The notes beneath the pieces are model-generated. The model was given only the letters and a program-made list of their open reading frames with translations. It had not been told where the DNA came from and ran no database searches. From assembly GCA_963733375.1 (NCBI GenBank), contig CAVTDB010000013.1, positions 64,001 through 128,000 on the forward strand: a DNA stretch of 64,000 nt, written 5' to 3'. Position numbers and translations under genes: made by a program. This DNA is from Nitrospirota bacterium (lineage in GTDB: Bacteria > Nitrospirota > JACRHJ01). Below, piece by piece: positions 11,250-25,912 of the stretch; position 1 is the first letter of the stretch, and each line of letters starts with the position of its first letter.

Positions 11250-12623
11250 ATGCGGGAGCTGACCCCGAGGGAAGTTGTTGCGGAGCTTGATAAATACATC
11301 ATCGGCCAGAATAACGCGAAACGCGCCGTGGCGATTGCGCTACGCACGAGGTGGCGCAGGATGCTTTTGCCTGAGGAGCTTCGTGACGAAGTCGTGCCGA
11401 AAAATATCATAATGATAGGCTCGACCGGCGTGGGCAAGACGGAGATCGCGAGGCGGCTCGCGAAGCTCGTCGACGCGCCGTTTGTCAAGGTGGAGGCGTC
11501 TAAGTTTACCGAGGTCGGCTATGTCGGGCGAGATGTCGAGTCCATCATCCGCGACATTACCGAGCAGTCCGTCGCGATGGTGCGCTAGGAGCATACCGCC
11601 GCCGTGCGCGAGAAGGCGGAGGCCGCCGCCGAGGAGCGGGTACTGGACGCGCTTCTGCCAAGGCGCAGGGGTGATATCGGCCTCGGGTTCCGCGAGTCTG
11701 GCATTGACTCGACCGGCCAGCCCGCCGAGCCGTTCGAAGCCGACAGCGCGACACGGGAGAAGTTCCGGAAAATGCTCCGGGAGGGCAAGCTGGACGACCG
11801 GACGGTGGAGCTGGAGGTCCGGGAGAAGGGCGGCATGCCGCTTGGCGTCATCTCAAATATCGGCATGGAAGAGCTGGAGATAAGCCTCAAGGAGATGATG
11901 GGCAATATGTTCCCGGAGAAGTCCAAGAGACGGAGCCTGAAAGTCCCGGAGGCGATGAAAGTCCTGACGCAGGAGGAGGCCTCGAAGCTTGTCGATATGG
12001 ACAAGGTGTCCAGGGAGGCGATATCGCGCGTGGAGCAGTCCGGCATCGTGTTCATAGACGAGCTGGACAAGGTCGCCGGCAGAGAGTCCGGCGGCGGGCC
12101 GGACGTATCCCGCGAAGGCGTGCAGAGGGACCTTCTTCCGATTATCGAAGGCTCGACAGTCAACAGCAAGCACGGCGCCGTGCATACGGACCACATACTT
12201 TTTATAGCCGCGGGCGCGTTCCATGTGGCGAAGCCGTCCGACCTCATCCCGGAGCTGCAGGGCCGCTTCCCGATTAGGGTGGAGCTGGACAACCTGACGG
12301 AAGACGATTTCGTCCGGATACTGACGGAGCCGAAAAACGCGCTGATACGGCAGTACGTCGAACTACTCGGCACGGAAGGGCTGGAGATGGAGTTTACGGA
12401 CGACGCTATACGGGAGATAGCGAAGATCGCCGCGTCCGTGAACAGCCGGACGGAGAATATCGGGGCCAGGCGGCTTTATACCGTGATGGAGAAGCTACTC
12501 GAAGAAGTCAGCTTCCACGCCCCGGACGCGACAGAAAAGAAGATAACCGTGAATGCGGAATACGTCCGCGGCCAGTTGATGGATATAACGAAAGACGAGG
12601 ATTTAAGCAGGTTTATTTTGTAA
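11250..12623 (+). CDS. hslU: ATP-dependent protease ATPase HslU (one in-frame TAG at 11586)
   Basis: [40 protein letters not shown]. Confidence 0.93.
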
Positions 12624-12730
12624 AACCGTTACCTTTTTGTAAAAAGGTAACACCAAAAACTTTTGGGCTGAACACCCCCGCTTTCTTTTGTGTTACTTTT
12701 CTTTCCCGCGAAAGAAAAGTAACGGTTTTA
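12621..12730. repeat. Double-hairpin repeat, copy B, with perfect 12-bp terminal inverted repeats
   Basis: TAAAACCGTTAC...GTAACGGTTTTA enclosing both hairpins. Confidence 0.88.
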
Positions 12731-12746
12731 ATCTTTCGAGGACTCT

Positions 12747-13628
12747 ATGAAAAAGCTCATCGAGAAGGCCGACATCCTGATGGAGGCTCTGCCGTACATC
12801 AAGAACTTCTACGGCAAGACTATCGTCATAAAGTACGGCGGACACGCCATGTCGGACGAGGCGCTTAAGAAATCGTTCGCGAAGGACGTGGTGCTGATGA
12901 AATATATCGGCATAAACCCGGTGATCGTACACGGCGGCGGCCCGCAGATATCCCAGACGATGGAACGCATGGGGCTTAAGCCGAAATTCGTTTCAGGTTA
13001 TCGAGTAACGGATTCGGATACGATGGACATAGTCGAGATGGTCCTGGGCGGGGCGATAAATAAAGAGATAGTGAACCTGATAAACTCAAACGGCGGACGC
13101 GCGGCTGGTCTTACCGGCAAGGACGGCGGTCTTATCAAGGCAAAGAAGAAATTTCTTAAGGGCACGTCCGCAGAAACAGGCGCGCCTGAGATAATCGACG
13201 CCGGGCACCTGGGCGAGGTCGAGGCGGTGGACTCCGCAATCCTGGAAGCGCTGGACAAGGGCGGGTTTATCCCGGTCATCGCGCCTATCGGCGTGGGCGA
13301 GAAGGGCGAGACTTATAACATAAACGCAGACTTGGTCGCCGGGGCGGTGGCGGCGGCGCTGTCCGCGGCAAAGCTGATGCTCCTGACCGACGTGGAGGGG
13401 ATACTGGACGCGGACGGGAAGCTGATTTCCACCCTGACCAAAACGAAGGTCGCGGAGCTGATAAAGAAAAAGGTTATTTCCGGCGGCATGCTCCCGAAGG
13501 TCGCGGCATGTTTCGACGCCTTGGGCGGCAAGGTGGGCAAGGTGCATGTCGTGGACGGCCGCGTCCCGCACGCGCTTTTACTTGAGATATTCACCGACAA
13601 GGGCATCGGTACGGAAATATCGCTGTAG
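12747..13628 (+). CDS. argB: Acetylglutamate kinase
   Basis: [29 protein letters not shown]. Confidence 0.95.
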   Translation: MKKLIEKADILMEALPYIKNFYGKTIVIKYGGHAMSDEALKKSFAKDVVLMKYIGINPVIVHGGGPQISQTMERMGLKPKFVSGYRVTDSDTMDIVEMVLGGAINKEIVNLINSNGGRAAGLTGKDGGLIKAKKKFLKGTSAETGAPEIIDAGHLGEVEAVDSAILEALDKGGFIPVIAPIGVGEKGETYNINADLVAGAVAAALSAAKLMLLTDVEGILDADGKLISTLTKTKVAELIKKKVISGGMLPKVAACFDALGGKVGKVHVVDGRVPHALLLEIFTDKGIGTEISL

Positions 13629-13663
13629 TAGGGAAGGTCCTGTAGCGCCGTCCTCTAAGGATG

Positions 13664-14392
13664 CTAGCGGTCGGCATTCCTGTAGCGGCGCGATGTCCCC
13701 TGCCAGAAGGTTTGAGACGAAATTTTTAAGTTCCGCCTGTTCGTCCTCGGCAAGGTGCGAAAATTTAATCGCCATGCCCGGAGGTTGTTATATAGATTAC
13801 GCGGCCCTTCAGGGACAGGCTTTTCCCGCCAATTCTCAGGGTGACTGATACTTCCGTCCCGATGCCGGGAGGCGCGGGTGCGACTACGAAAATACCATGC
13901 TCCGAGATAGTCTGGGCAAGGTAAACCCCCTCCGCTTCTCCATGGCGAACCGTTACCCGCTGGTCGCAATCCGTCCGCAGATGCTTTCTTGCCCATCCCT
14001 GGGGCAGGGCGAGACAAGTCTGCATGGCTTTGTTCAGCTCGCTTAAGTTTACAGGCTTCCGCGAGATAATGCGTATAGCCGAGCGATATGCACGACTTCT
14101 TTAATTTTTCGTGCTCGGGGCCGCTTACTATTACGACCGGAATTTCCGCAAGGGACTTCTCCTGCTTCATCGTGGACAGGTTCTGCGTGCCCTCTGCCGC
14201 CAGCATATCCATGTCAAGCACCATGACGTCCGGCCGGAAAAGCCTCGCAAGGCGCAGGGCCTCGTTCCCGTTTTCGGCGGTGATGACTTGAAGACCCATC
14301 CTTACCAAAAGGACGGTCATAAACCTTACAAAGGTTTTACCGTCGCCCACTACGAGTATCTGTCTTTTAACCTGTCCGGAGATTTGAGCCAT
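13664..14392 (-). CDS. Response regulator receiver + PilZ domain protein, frameshifted; 3' end uncertain
   Basis: REC-like ILVVGD..PDVMVLD; PilZ RKHLR..ISEHGIF..GRVIY..MAIKF in other frames. Confidence 0.7.
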   Translation of the reverse strand: MAQISGQVKRQILVVGDGKTFVRFMTVLLVRMGLQVITAENGNEALRLARLFRPDVMVLDMDMLAAEGTQNLSTMKQEKSLAEIPVVIVSGPEHEKLKKSCISLGYTHYLAEACKLKRAEQSHADLSRPAPGMGKKASADGLRPAGNGSPWRSGGGLPCPDYLGAWYFRSRTRASRHRDGSISHPENWREKPVPEGPRNLYNNLRAWRLNFRTLPRTNRRNLKISSQTFWQGTSRRYRNADR

Positions 14393-14515
14393 GTTTTTCG
14401 CCTCTTGTCTAAAAGTTAATTATATATTAAAAATTTCTATTTATAACGAATAGTTATAAGGTTAATGAAAATTAATGATAGCGTTAAAATAAAATATTTA
14501 TTTCGCCCGCCTCCC

Positions 14516-14544
14516 TTGACATATCGCTTGCCCCCGATTATACT
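14516..14544 (+). promoter_or_regulatory. sigma70 promoter for yqeY-mutS2
   Basis: TTGACA-N17-TATACT. Confidence 0.65.
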
Positions 14545-14622
14545 TCATCGTCAAACTCGAAGACTACTCCGGCTCCTGTAAACTATTTTTCCTGAATATT
14601 CAATTAGATAGCGAGGCTAAAA

Positions 14623-15069
14623 GTGACTCTGAAGGAGCGGCTAAACGCGGATATGAAGGAGGCCCTGAAGGCCCATGACGCAGCTCGCCTGTCCACGATA
14701 AGGATGGTTTTCTCAGCCGTCCGGAATAAGGAGATAGATTCCCGCAAGGATATGGACGACGAAGGTGTGCTCTCAGTGCTTGCGACTTCGGCCAAACAGC
14801 GCAGGGAATCCATAGAGCAGTACGAGAAGGCCGGGCGGCAGGACTTAGTTGACAAGGAGAAGGCGGAGCTGGAAGTAATCCAGTCCTATATGCCCCAGCA
14901 GATGGGCCGCGAGGAGATAGAGGCGCTGGTGAAGGACGCGGTCGCCGAGTCCGGGGCCAAAGGGCCTGGCGACATGGGCAAGGTGATGAAGGTGCTGATG
15001 CCTAAAGTAAAAGGGCGCGCGGACGGCAAACTTGTAAACGAGGTCGTCAAAGAGACGTTAGGGGGATGA
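14623..15069 (+). CDS. yqeY: GatB/YqeY domain protein
   Basis: LKERLNADMKEALKA, KQRRESIEQY, DMGKVMK..GRADGK. Confidence 0.9.
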   Translation: MTLKERLNADMKEALKAHDAARLSTIRMVFSAVRNKEIDSRKDMDDEGVLSVLATSAKQRRESIEQYEKAGRQDLVDKEKAELEVIQSYMPQQMGREEIEALVKDAVAESGAKGPGDMGKVMKVLMPKVKGRADGKLVNEVVKETLGG

Positions 15070-15086
15070 AAATCTTAAGAAAAGGC

Positions 15087-15235
15087 AAAACCGCACTTTT
15101 CTTTGCGGAAAGAAAAGCGCCCAAAAGAAACGAGAGTAACTTCCTTATGGCAGGTCTAACCCCAAAAGGGGGTTTTTTTGTCCGGTTTCTCTTTGCGTTA
15201 CTTTCTCTTTCCCCAAAGAGAAAGTAACGGTTTAA
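15087..15235. repeat. Double-hairpin repeat, copy C
   Basis: CTTTTCTTT-gcgg-AAAGAAAAG ... GTTACTTTCTCTTT-cccc-AAAGAGAAAGTAACGGTTTAA. Confidence 0.8.
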
Positions 15236-17617
15236 ATGAACGAACACGCATTAAAAGTACTCGAGTTTTACAAGGTCTCCGAGGCTGTTTCCACCCGCGC
15301 GGTATCCGGGCCGGGAAGGGCCGAGGCCCTGTCATTCGCCCCATCGTCCGATATAAAAGAAGTCACTCTACGCCTTAAAGAGGCGGACGAGCTGAAAAAA
15401 TATCTCACGTCCCGGCACGAGTTCCCCATACGCGGCCTGAAGGATATATCGGTCCAGCTTAAAAAGGCGGCGGTGGAAGGGGCGGCGCTATCTCCCGAAG
15501 AGCTTTTACGGGTGCTCTCCGTGGCGCGGGCCTCCCGGCTGATGAAGTCCGCGCTCGCGAAAGTAAAGCAGGAATATCCTACCCTAATCAAAAGGGCCGC
15601 GGCCCTCTCGGTCTTTGAAAACATAGAGATGGACATCGCCCGCGCGATAGGCGAGGACTCGGAGGTGCTGGATTCGGCCTCCCCGGAGCTTAAAAGGATA
15701 CGGCACGCGCTGACCCAGGTACGCTCCCGGCTGAACCGCGAATTGGAATCCATCATCCAGGGCCCGTCGTACTCGAAGGCCATTCAGGAGCCGGTGATAA
15801 CCATGCGCGGCGACCGCTACTGACTCCCGCTCAAGACTAATTTCCGCACCTACCTCCAGGGCATAGTCCACGACCACTCGCAGACCGGCTCTACTGTATT
15901 CGTGGAGCCTGCGGCAACGGTTGAGCTTAACAACCGGCTGGTGGGCCTGAGAAACGACGAGGTCCGGGAGATAGAGCGCATCCTCTGGCGGCTCACCGCT
16001 ACCGTCCGGGAGAGTTGCGACCCGCTCGAAGCGTCTTATATGGCGCTCGTAAAGCTCGACGCGCTTTATGCCGTCGCGCAGTTCGCCCTGGATATAGACG
16101 GGAACCTGCCTTCGGTAAACGACAGGGGTTATGTCGAGCTGAAGGACGCACGCCACCCCCTGCTTGTGATGTCCAAGGGCAAGGGCGCGACCGTCCCCCT
16201 GGACATTAAGCTCGGGCGCGAATTCGATACGCTTGTAATCACGGGCCCCAATACCGGCGGAAAGACCGTCGTGTTAAAGACGCTCGGCCTTTTGACCTTG
16301 ATGGCGCAGTCGGGTTTTCTTATCCCTGCCGCGCCGGACTCGGTTATCCCCGTATTCGAAGACGTATATTCGGATATCGGCGACGAGCAGAGCGTGGAGC
16401 AGAATTTAAGCACCTTCTCGTCGCACATGAACCAGATCGTCTCAATGCTGGGCGGCGCCAATCGCAATACGCTGGTACTATTAGACGAGCTTGGAGCGGG
16501 TACGGACCCGTCCGAAGGCTCGGCGCTAGGCGTCGCTATCATCGAGGAGCTTCACCGGCGCGGGACAAAGACCGTGGTCACGACGCACCACGGGGCGCTT
16601 AAGGTCTTTGCGGCGAACACGCCGGGCGTTATGAACGCATCGGTGGAGTTCGACCCGGAGACGCTTCTACCCACATACAGCCTGGCCATCGGAAGGCCGG
16701 GGCGGAGCAGCGCGATACTCGTCGCCTCGCGTCTCGGGATGCCGAAAGGTGTCCTGGAGCGGGCGAAAGAAGGCCGGGCGGCGGGCGAGGCGGAGCTTGA
16801 CACGCTCATCGAGAAGCTGGAAAAAGAGGCGCAGGCCGCGCGTGAGGATAGAAGAAAGGCCGCACAGGAGGCACAAGGCGCGCGTGCGGAAAAGGAACGG
16901 CTTCAGGAACTGGTGCGGCGTGCGGAGGACGAGCGGCGCGAGGCGGTGCAGAAGGCAAAGGAAAAGGCGCAGAACGTCATTAATTCATTGAAGTTCAAGC
17001 TCCGGGAGCTGGAAGACCTGGCGAAGAAAGCCGCCGCGATATCGCCTGAGCGCGCGGAGGTAAAGAAGCACTCGGAAGAGGTGCAGGCGCTTGAAGCGCA
17101 GTTAAAGGACGAGTCGGTCCCGGCGGGTCCTATCAGAAGGCTTGAGATGGAGGCGCTTTCCGTCGGTGACACGGTAAAAGTCTATAAATACAACCGGCTC
17201 GGGCAGGTAATAGAAATAAAAAAAGACAAGAAAAAAGTCGTCGTACAGCTTGGCACGATGCGGGTGACGCTATCGCCTAGCGAGCTTGAGCTGTCCACCC
17301 GCTCCGCACCCGACAGGGCCAGGACGACCGCGTTCACGGTATCGCGGGCCGAGGAAGACGAGGACGAAACGTCCCCCGGCATGGAGTTGAATATCATAGG
17401 CCTACGGGTGGAAGAAGCTATGTCGAAGGTGCAGAAATTTTTGGAAAAGTCCATGCTTTCCGGCCTGGGCAGCGTCCGTATAATCCACGGCCGTGGCACG
17501 GGCGCACTCCGTAAAGCCATCCGGGAAGAACTGACGATTACCCCCGGCGTGAAGGATTTCCACGACGAGGTGTTCGAGCTTGGCGGCGACGCGGTGACGG
17601 TGGTGACGTTTAAATAA
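15236..17617 (+). CDS. mutS2: Endonuclease MutS2 (one in-frame TGA at 15821)
   Basis: ITGPNTGGKT, DELGAGTDP, C-terminal Smr IIHGRGTG. Confidence 0.92.
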
Positions 17618-17644
17618 TGCCGTCTCGGTCATTAGAGTAACGCC

Positions 17645-17683
17645 TCCCCCATCCCCCTCTTAGCCTACGAGGGGGATGGGGGA
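17645..17683. repeat. REP-like GC hairpin
   Basis: TCCCCCATCCCCCTC / GAGGGGGATGGGGGA perfect 15-bp stem, no U tract. Confidence 0.65.
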
Positions 17684-17701
17684 CTTCGGAAAGGATTTTG
17701 G

Positions 17702-18644
17702 ATGTCAAGTGCGATGCCCCTGGTAAGCGTTATAATACCGACATACAACGGCGAAGCCTCTATCCGTGAGGCGGTCGAGAGTGCGCTTTCTCAAACTTTT
17801 ACTGACATGGAAATTATGGTCGTTAACGACGGCTCGACCGACGGCACCGGGAAAAAACTTGAAGATTTGATAACAGATGGTCGAATAAAATACATACCTC
17901 AGATGAACGCAGGGCCGGGGGCTGCGCGGAATACCGGCATAAAAAATACATCGGGAGAGCTTATCGCCCTCTTAGACCACGACGATTTATGGATGCCGGA
18001 AAAGATAGAGAAGCAGGTCCGCTTCATGCGGGAGAATCCGTGGGCGGATGTCGTTTTCAGCGACGGCTATTGCATTGATGAAAAAGGGGGAATGAGCGCG
18101 CGCGAGAGAGAGCGCGCGCCAAGAAAATATTCGGCCCGGCCTGATTTTATAGAGATGTTCGGCCAGGGTCTTAATGCCCTGCCGACCTCGGTCATGTTCA
18201 GGCGGCAAGCAGTTGAACTAGTCGGGGATTTTAAAGAGAATAAACCGGGCGCTTGGTTGTCGGACGATTGGGACATGTGGTTCCGGATGGCGGCAAAAGG
18301 CCTGCGTTTTGCCTTTATTAGTGAACTGCTCTATATAAAAGAGGGGGCACTCGGCGAACTTGACCATGCAAGTACTATCCAGCTCATGCACAAAGGCCCA
18401 TAACGCCTGTAAGAAAATCGGAGAAGATTTCGCCGTGAGGGATTTAGCGCCTATCAGGAAAAGGTTCGCCACGGGACGCTTTGACGCCGCCCGTAAGTTC
18501 ATGTACATGGGCCGCTTCAGGGACGGCCTGGCTTCCGGCATTTGTGCCGCCACGTTTCAGGGAAAATATTATTTTAAATTGCCTGGGCTCATTGTGAGAT
18601 ATTTTAGACTTATGCTTAAAAGAAATTTTAAGATTAATCAATAA
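17702..18644 (+). CDS. Glycosyltransferase family 2, frameshifted near 18340
   Basis: VSVIIPTYN, VNDGSTD, LDHDDLW, DDWDMWFR. Confidence 0.85.
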
Positions 18645-20565
18645 TCTTTCTCGCAACGAATTAATTTTGATTGATTTTGTTATACTTATAATATAAAATA
18701 GTTAGTTTCACCGAAGGAAGGCCGTAATTTGGACGGGTTGATCCCCGATGAGGCGCTCGACAGGGTACGTTCCGCGACGGATATCGTGGAGCTTGTATCG
18801 CAGCACGTAACGCTGAAACATACCGGCGCGAACTATCTGGGGCTTTGCCCGTTCCATCAGGAGAAGACGCCGTCATTCACCGTCAGCCCGGCTAAGCAGA
18901 TATTCCACTGCTTCGGATGCGGGGCGGGCGGGGACGCCGTCGGCTTCATGATGCGCCAGGGGAACTACAGCTTCCCGGAGGCGGTGCGCTTCCTTGCGGA
19001 CCGGGCGGGGATAGAACTGCCGGAGCGGGCGGAGCAGACATCCCACGAAGACTGGGAGAAGCTTTTCGCGGCGAACGAAGAGGCGGCGAAATTCTTTCAG
19101 GACAGGCTCTGGAATTCAGCCGACGGGAAAAAGGCGCTGGGCTACCTGAAAGACAGGGGTATGCCTGACGACTCCGCGAAGGCGTTTGAAATAGGATATT
19201 CACCTGCGTCGTGGGACGGGTTGACCGGCCATTTGAAGGGCCTGGGGCTCGATTTTAAAATACTGGAAAAAGCAGGTCTTATAGTAAAAAAAGCGGACGG
19301 CGCCGGTTACTACGACCGTTTCAGGGGCCGCCTGATGTTCCCGATAAGGGACATTAAAGACAGGGTCATAGGCTTCGGCGGCAGGGCGATGATTAAGGAC
19401 GAGATGCCGAAGTACCTGAATTCGCCGGATACGCCGCTTTTCAAGAAGGGCGAGACGCTTTACGGCATCGGGAGTTGCCAAGGAAGCGATAAGAAAGCGG
19501 GATTTCGCCATAGTGGTGGAAGGCTACATGGACGCCATCGCCTGCCACAGGGCGGGCGTTGCAAACGCCGTAGCCACGCTCGGCACCGCGCTCACGCCCG
19601 GACATTTGCGGCTGCTGTCGCGTTTTTCAAAGAACGTGTTGCTGGTTTTCGACGCGGACGATGCCGGTCTAAAAGCGGCGCAGCGCTCTCTGGACGTTTT
19701 TTTAAGCTCCACGCCGAAGATGGTCGGCAAAGGTGGCGCTACTGCCGGAAGGGGACGACCCGGACAGCCTGCTCATCCGGGAAGGGGCCGAGGCCCTGAA
19801 GGAGAGCCTTAAAGGGCGCGAAAAGTTGCTGGAGTTTGTAATCAAACGCGAGGCCGCGGGCGTCTTGGATATAGACGCCAAAATCAAGGCGGTAGGTACC
19901 TTGACCGGAATCCTCGCGCGGGTGGACGACGCGGTCGAGCGCAGCTATTACGTAAAGATGGCGGCGTCCGAGCTTAAAGTCGATGAGTCGGCGGTCAAAG
20001 AAGAGCTTGAGAAAAAGACCGCGCAGGTTCGGCAAGTACGGGCATTTACCGTTCCTCGCAAGGCGCGGGGGCTGCGGGGCTTAAGGGCAAAAATTTCGCC
20101 TCTCTGGACAAGATCGAGGCGGGGCTTATCCAGTCGGCGCTCAGGGACACGGACGCGGCGCTTTATGCGGCGGATAACTTGGGCGCGGAGGATTTTTCGG
20201 ACGAGCGGCTGAAAAAAGCCGCCGATGGTATTATTTAAGATGGCCCTGGCCGGGGAGCCGGTAGAGGTCCCGAAGCTCCTTGACGCGCTCCAGGACGAGG
20301 ATGCCAGGCGTGCGGTACTTGAGCTGTCCGTACGGGATACCGTTTCGGAAGACGCCCTGGCATACGCGGAGGGCGCGGTCCTCATGCTTTTAGAGGCCCG
20401 GTATAAGAAGATAGTTGAGGAAGTGCACGTCCTGCTTCAGAGGGCGGGCGCGCTGGGCGAGCCGGAGGCGGTAAAGGAAATTTCGGATTTCCGCATGAAT
20501 ATGATCAAGGCGCTTTCGAAGAAAGATTTTGAACTTTTAAATACATTGCAGAAGGAGCTGGCCGA

Positions 20566-22391
<1,826 letters not shown>

Positions 22392-22392
<1 letters not shown>

Positions 22393-23726
22393 TGGCCGAC
22401 GTAATACCGTTTCGGGGAGTAAGGTACAACCATTCGTCAAAATTATCGAAGCTTGTCGCGCCGCCCTATGACGTAATCTCGCCGCAGTACAGGCAGGAAC
22501 TCTACGACCGGGACCCTCATAACGTCGTCCGGATAGATTTCGGCATGCCCGAGGAGGGCGACTCCGCGGACAACAACCAGTACACGCGCGCGGCGAAAAG
22601 CCTGAAGCGGTGGATCGGAGACGGGGTCCTGCGGCGCGAAGAGAAGCCCGCGCTGTACCTCTACGAAGTGGAGTACGAGACCCCGGCGGGCGAGAAGAAG
22701 TCCATGCGCGGCTTCATCTGTCTTCTTCGGCTGGAGGAGTGGGACAAGGGCATAGTCCTCCCGCATGAAGGCACTCTGAAGGGGCCCAAGGCGGACCGGT
22801 TCGAGCTATTAAAATCCGCTTCCGCCGCCGCGAGCCAGGTGTTCTCGCTGTACTCGGACCCGGAAAAAAAGATATCGAAGGCGTTCGAGTCCGCCGCGGC
22901 TAAGCCCCCTTCCGGGGAGGCGACCGACGACGACGGCTCCGTGCACAGGATCTGGGTCGTGACAGACCCGGAGATAATCAAGGCGGTGCAAAAGGCCATG
23001 GCGGACAAGAAGGTTTTCATTGCCGACGGCCATCACCGTTACGAGACGGCGCTTGGCTACCGCGACTACAGGAGAAGCGAGGCCGCCGCATGGACGGGCG
23101 GCGAGGGCTTTAATTTCATCCCCATGTTCCTCTCCAACATGGACGAGGACGGCCTTACGGTACTGCCTACCCATCGGCTGATAAGCGACGCGGGCGAGCT
23201 TACGCTGGACTCCGTGCTGGAGCGGTCCTCGCATTATTTCAAAGTAAAGCGGTTCTCGTTCCTCACGGAAAACGAGTATGACGCGCGGTCGGAGTTCCTT
23301 CGTTCACTTTCGGAAGCGGGAAAGAATTCCCACTCCTTCGGCTTCTGCTGGGACAGCGCCCCATGCTATTACCTCCTTACCCTTAAGGACCTGGACGACG
23401 TCGCGAAGGCGCAGTGGTGCCCGCGCTCGGATACCTATTGCAGCCTGGACGTCACGATACTTCATTCGCTTATAGTGGAGCGCGTGCTTGGCATCGACAC
23501 GGAGAAGATTGCCGTGTCCCAGCCGGTGCAGTTCGAGAAAAACGCCGACAGGGCGATAGAGCGGGTCGCGGCCGGCGAGTTCGCCATGTGCTTCCTGCTG
23601 AACCCGACCAAGGTGCAGGAGGTGAAGGAGGTCGCGCTGGCCCATGAGATAATGCCGCAGAAATCGACTTACTTTTATCCGAAGCTCCTGACCGGCCTGG
23701 TGATAGCGGATTTGAACCATATATAA
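22392..23726 (+). CDS. DUF1015 family protein
   Basis: APPYDVI, LPHEGT, IADGHHRYETAL, MPQKSTYFYPK. Confidence 0.88.
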
Positions 23727-23837
23727 ACCGTTACTTTCTTTTCGAGAAAAGAAAGTAACACAAAGAAAAGCTGGGGTTAAAGTCTCGCTTTCTTTTGTGT
23801 TACTTTTCTTTCCCGCGAAAGAAAAGTAACGACTTTA
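23724..23837. repeat. Double-hairpin repeat, copy D
   Basis: TAAACCGTTACTTTCTTTT..AAAAGAAAGTAAC ... GTTACTTTTCTTT-cccgcg-AAAGAAAAGTAACGACTTTA. Confidence 0.88.
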
Positions 23838-23848
23838 AGAATTAAAAA

Positions 23849-24307
23849 ATGCCTAAACTTACCACCATCGCCGGGATAATCAAGGAAGTCCTGAAGGCGC
23901 GGGGCCTGGGAAGCGGGGATACGCTCTCTAAGCTCCGGGGTAAATGGGCAAACGCTGTGGGAGGGAAAATCGCACAGCACGCACAGCCTCAGATGATCAG
24001 AGAGGGGCGGCTCACCTTGACCGTTGACAGCCCCGCCTGGATGTCCCAGCTCTACCATGCTCTCCCCCGAGATTATAGAAAAAATAAACGCGGCGCTTGA
24101 AGAGGGCGCGGTCCGGGAACTGAAGTTCTGCCTGGGTACGCCCGCAAAGAATGAAAAGAGAAAAGAAGGCGGCTCCCATAAAGAAGCGTGAGATTTCGCC
24201 CGAGGAGAAAGACGCCATAGAGGCGCGCCACGGCGAAAATTGGGGACAAGGAGCTTCGGTCCTCCGCAAAGAAAATGCTGTCCAAATCATGCAGGAGGGT
24301 GAAGTAA
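23849..24307 (+). CDS. dciA: DUF721/DciA family protein, frameshifted
   Basis: KWANAVGGKIAQHAQP..LTLTVDSPAWMSQL; ends TAA 24305-24307. Confidence 0.7.
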
Positions 24308-24994
24308 TGGCCTGCGACTGCAAGAACTGCATCGTCAGGGGCCTCACTATTTTTTCCGGCCTCGGCATAAGCGAGCTTGAGAAGGTCGGGACGCTGATAT
24401 ACCTGAAAAGCTTCCGCCGCAAGAAAGTAATCTTCCTCGAAGACACGCCAAGCAATACCGTTTACGTCCTGAAGACCGGCACGGTCAAGTGCTATAAATC
24501 GCTGCCCGACGGCCGCGAGCTGATAATCAGCATCCTCACCCCCGGCGACATGCTGGGCTTCGACTCCCTCTACGAAGACCACTACTCAAATACCGCCGAG
24601 GCCATACAGGACACGGAGCTTTGCTGCATCCGAAAAAAGGACCTGGTGGACCTCCTTCAAGAGCAGCCCCGAGGTCGGCGTCCGGTTCATCAAGAAGATG
24701 AACAAGGAGCTTCAACTCGCGCAGGAGCGCATCCGGGACCTGGGCCTGAAGGACGCGCGTGAGCGTGTGGCGACTCTTCTGATGACGCTCTTCATCTCTC
24801 GCGGAGAGGGCCAGGTGCCCAAGTTCACCCTGTCCCGGCAGGAGATCTCCGAGATGGCGGGCGTCGCCCAGGAAACGGTGATAAGGATAATTTCCGAATT
24901 CAAATCGGACGGGCTGATTAAATCGGAAGGCAAAAACATCGTAGTGCTGAAGCCGGATGAACTGCGGAAGACGGCAGGGATATTTGAGATATAA
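24307..24994 (+). CDS. Crp/Fnr family regulator with N-terminal Cys cluster, frameshifted near 24660
   Basis: MACDCKNC, cNMP-binding fold, HTH LSRQEISEMAGVAQETVIR. Confidence 0.85.
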
Positions 24995-24996
24995 TT

Positions 24997-25097
24997 TCTT
25001 CTTTTCTTTTACGGAAAAGAAAAGAAGCAAAAGAAAACGGGGCTAATTTAAGTCCGGCTTTCTTTTGCTACTTTTCTTTCACCCGAAAGAAAAGTAG
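24997..25097. repeat. Double-hairpin repeat, copy E
   Basis: CTTCTTTTCTTTT-acgg-AAAAGAAAAGAAG ... CTACTTTTCTTT-cacccg-AAAGAAAAGTAG. Confidence 0.82.
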
Positions 25098-25104
25098 GAG
25101 GTTT

Positions 25105-25912
25105 ATGAAAGAACTGACAGTTGCAAAACGCGCCGCAAAAGAGGCGGGAAAAATATTGCTCTCCTACATGGGGAAGCTGGAGCATGTCGAGTATAAGGGC
25201 CGGCGCGACCCGGTAAGCGAGGCGGACAAGGCGTCCGAGAAGCGGGTCGCGGAGATAATCAGGGAGGCGTTTCCGGCGCACGGATTTCTGGCGGAGGAGA
25301 AGACCTCGTGGACAGGCCAGGACAAAAGCGCCCGCTGGATTGTGGACCCGCTGGACGGCACGGTTAATTATGCGCACGGCTATCCGCACTTCTCGGTCTC
25401 CATCGCGTTCGAGAGGGACGGAGAAGTTCAGGCGGGCGTGGTATTCGACCCGGTGAAGAAAGACCTGTTTTCCGCCGTCAAAGGCGGCGGCGCTTTTTTG
25501 AACAACACGCCGATACGGGTATCAAAGACGAGGACGTTGATAAAGTCGCTTATCGTGACCGGCTTCCCTTACGACATCGAGAGCCGCCCGAAGGAAATCC
25601 TCGAACCGTTTAACCGGATGGTCCTGGCGTCGCAAGGGGTACGGCGTGACGGCTCCGCCGCACTGAACCTGTGCTACCTTGCCGTGCGGCCGCTTCGACG
25701 GCTACTGGGAAATGGGGCTTAAGCCCTGGGACACCGCGGCGGGAATGCTCATCCTGCGCGAGGCGGGCGGAGTAGTGACGGACTTCAAAGGCGAGCCGTT
25801 CAAGCCGGAGATGCAGGAGATACTGGCGAGCAACGGAAAGATACAGAAAGAAATGATGGAGGACTCTGGAAAAAAAGGGGCACTAAAAATTACTCCCTCG
25901 GCCAGACCTTGA
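25105..25912 (+). CDS. suhB: Inositol monophosphatase, frameshifted
   Basis: [30 protein letters not shown]. Confidence 0.88.

Noticed and set aside
8281-15823. Stop-codon reassignment or pyrrolysine read-through for in-frame stops in Fic, hslU and mutS2
   Set aside because: All three stop types occur internally; TAG ends xerC, argB, queC and smpB normally; the Fic missense pattern is not explained by recoding.
24151-24762. DciA-Crp fusion ORF
   Set aside because: Frameshift artefact; separate stop and start overlap at 24305-24309.
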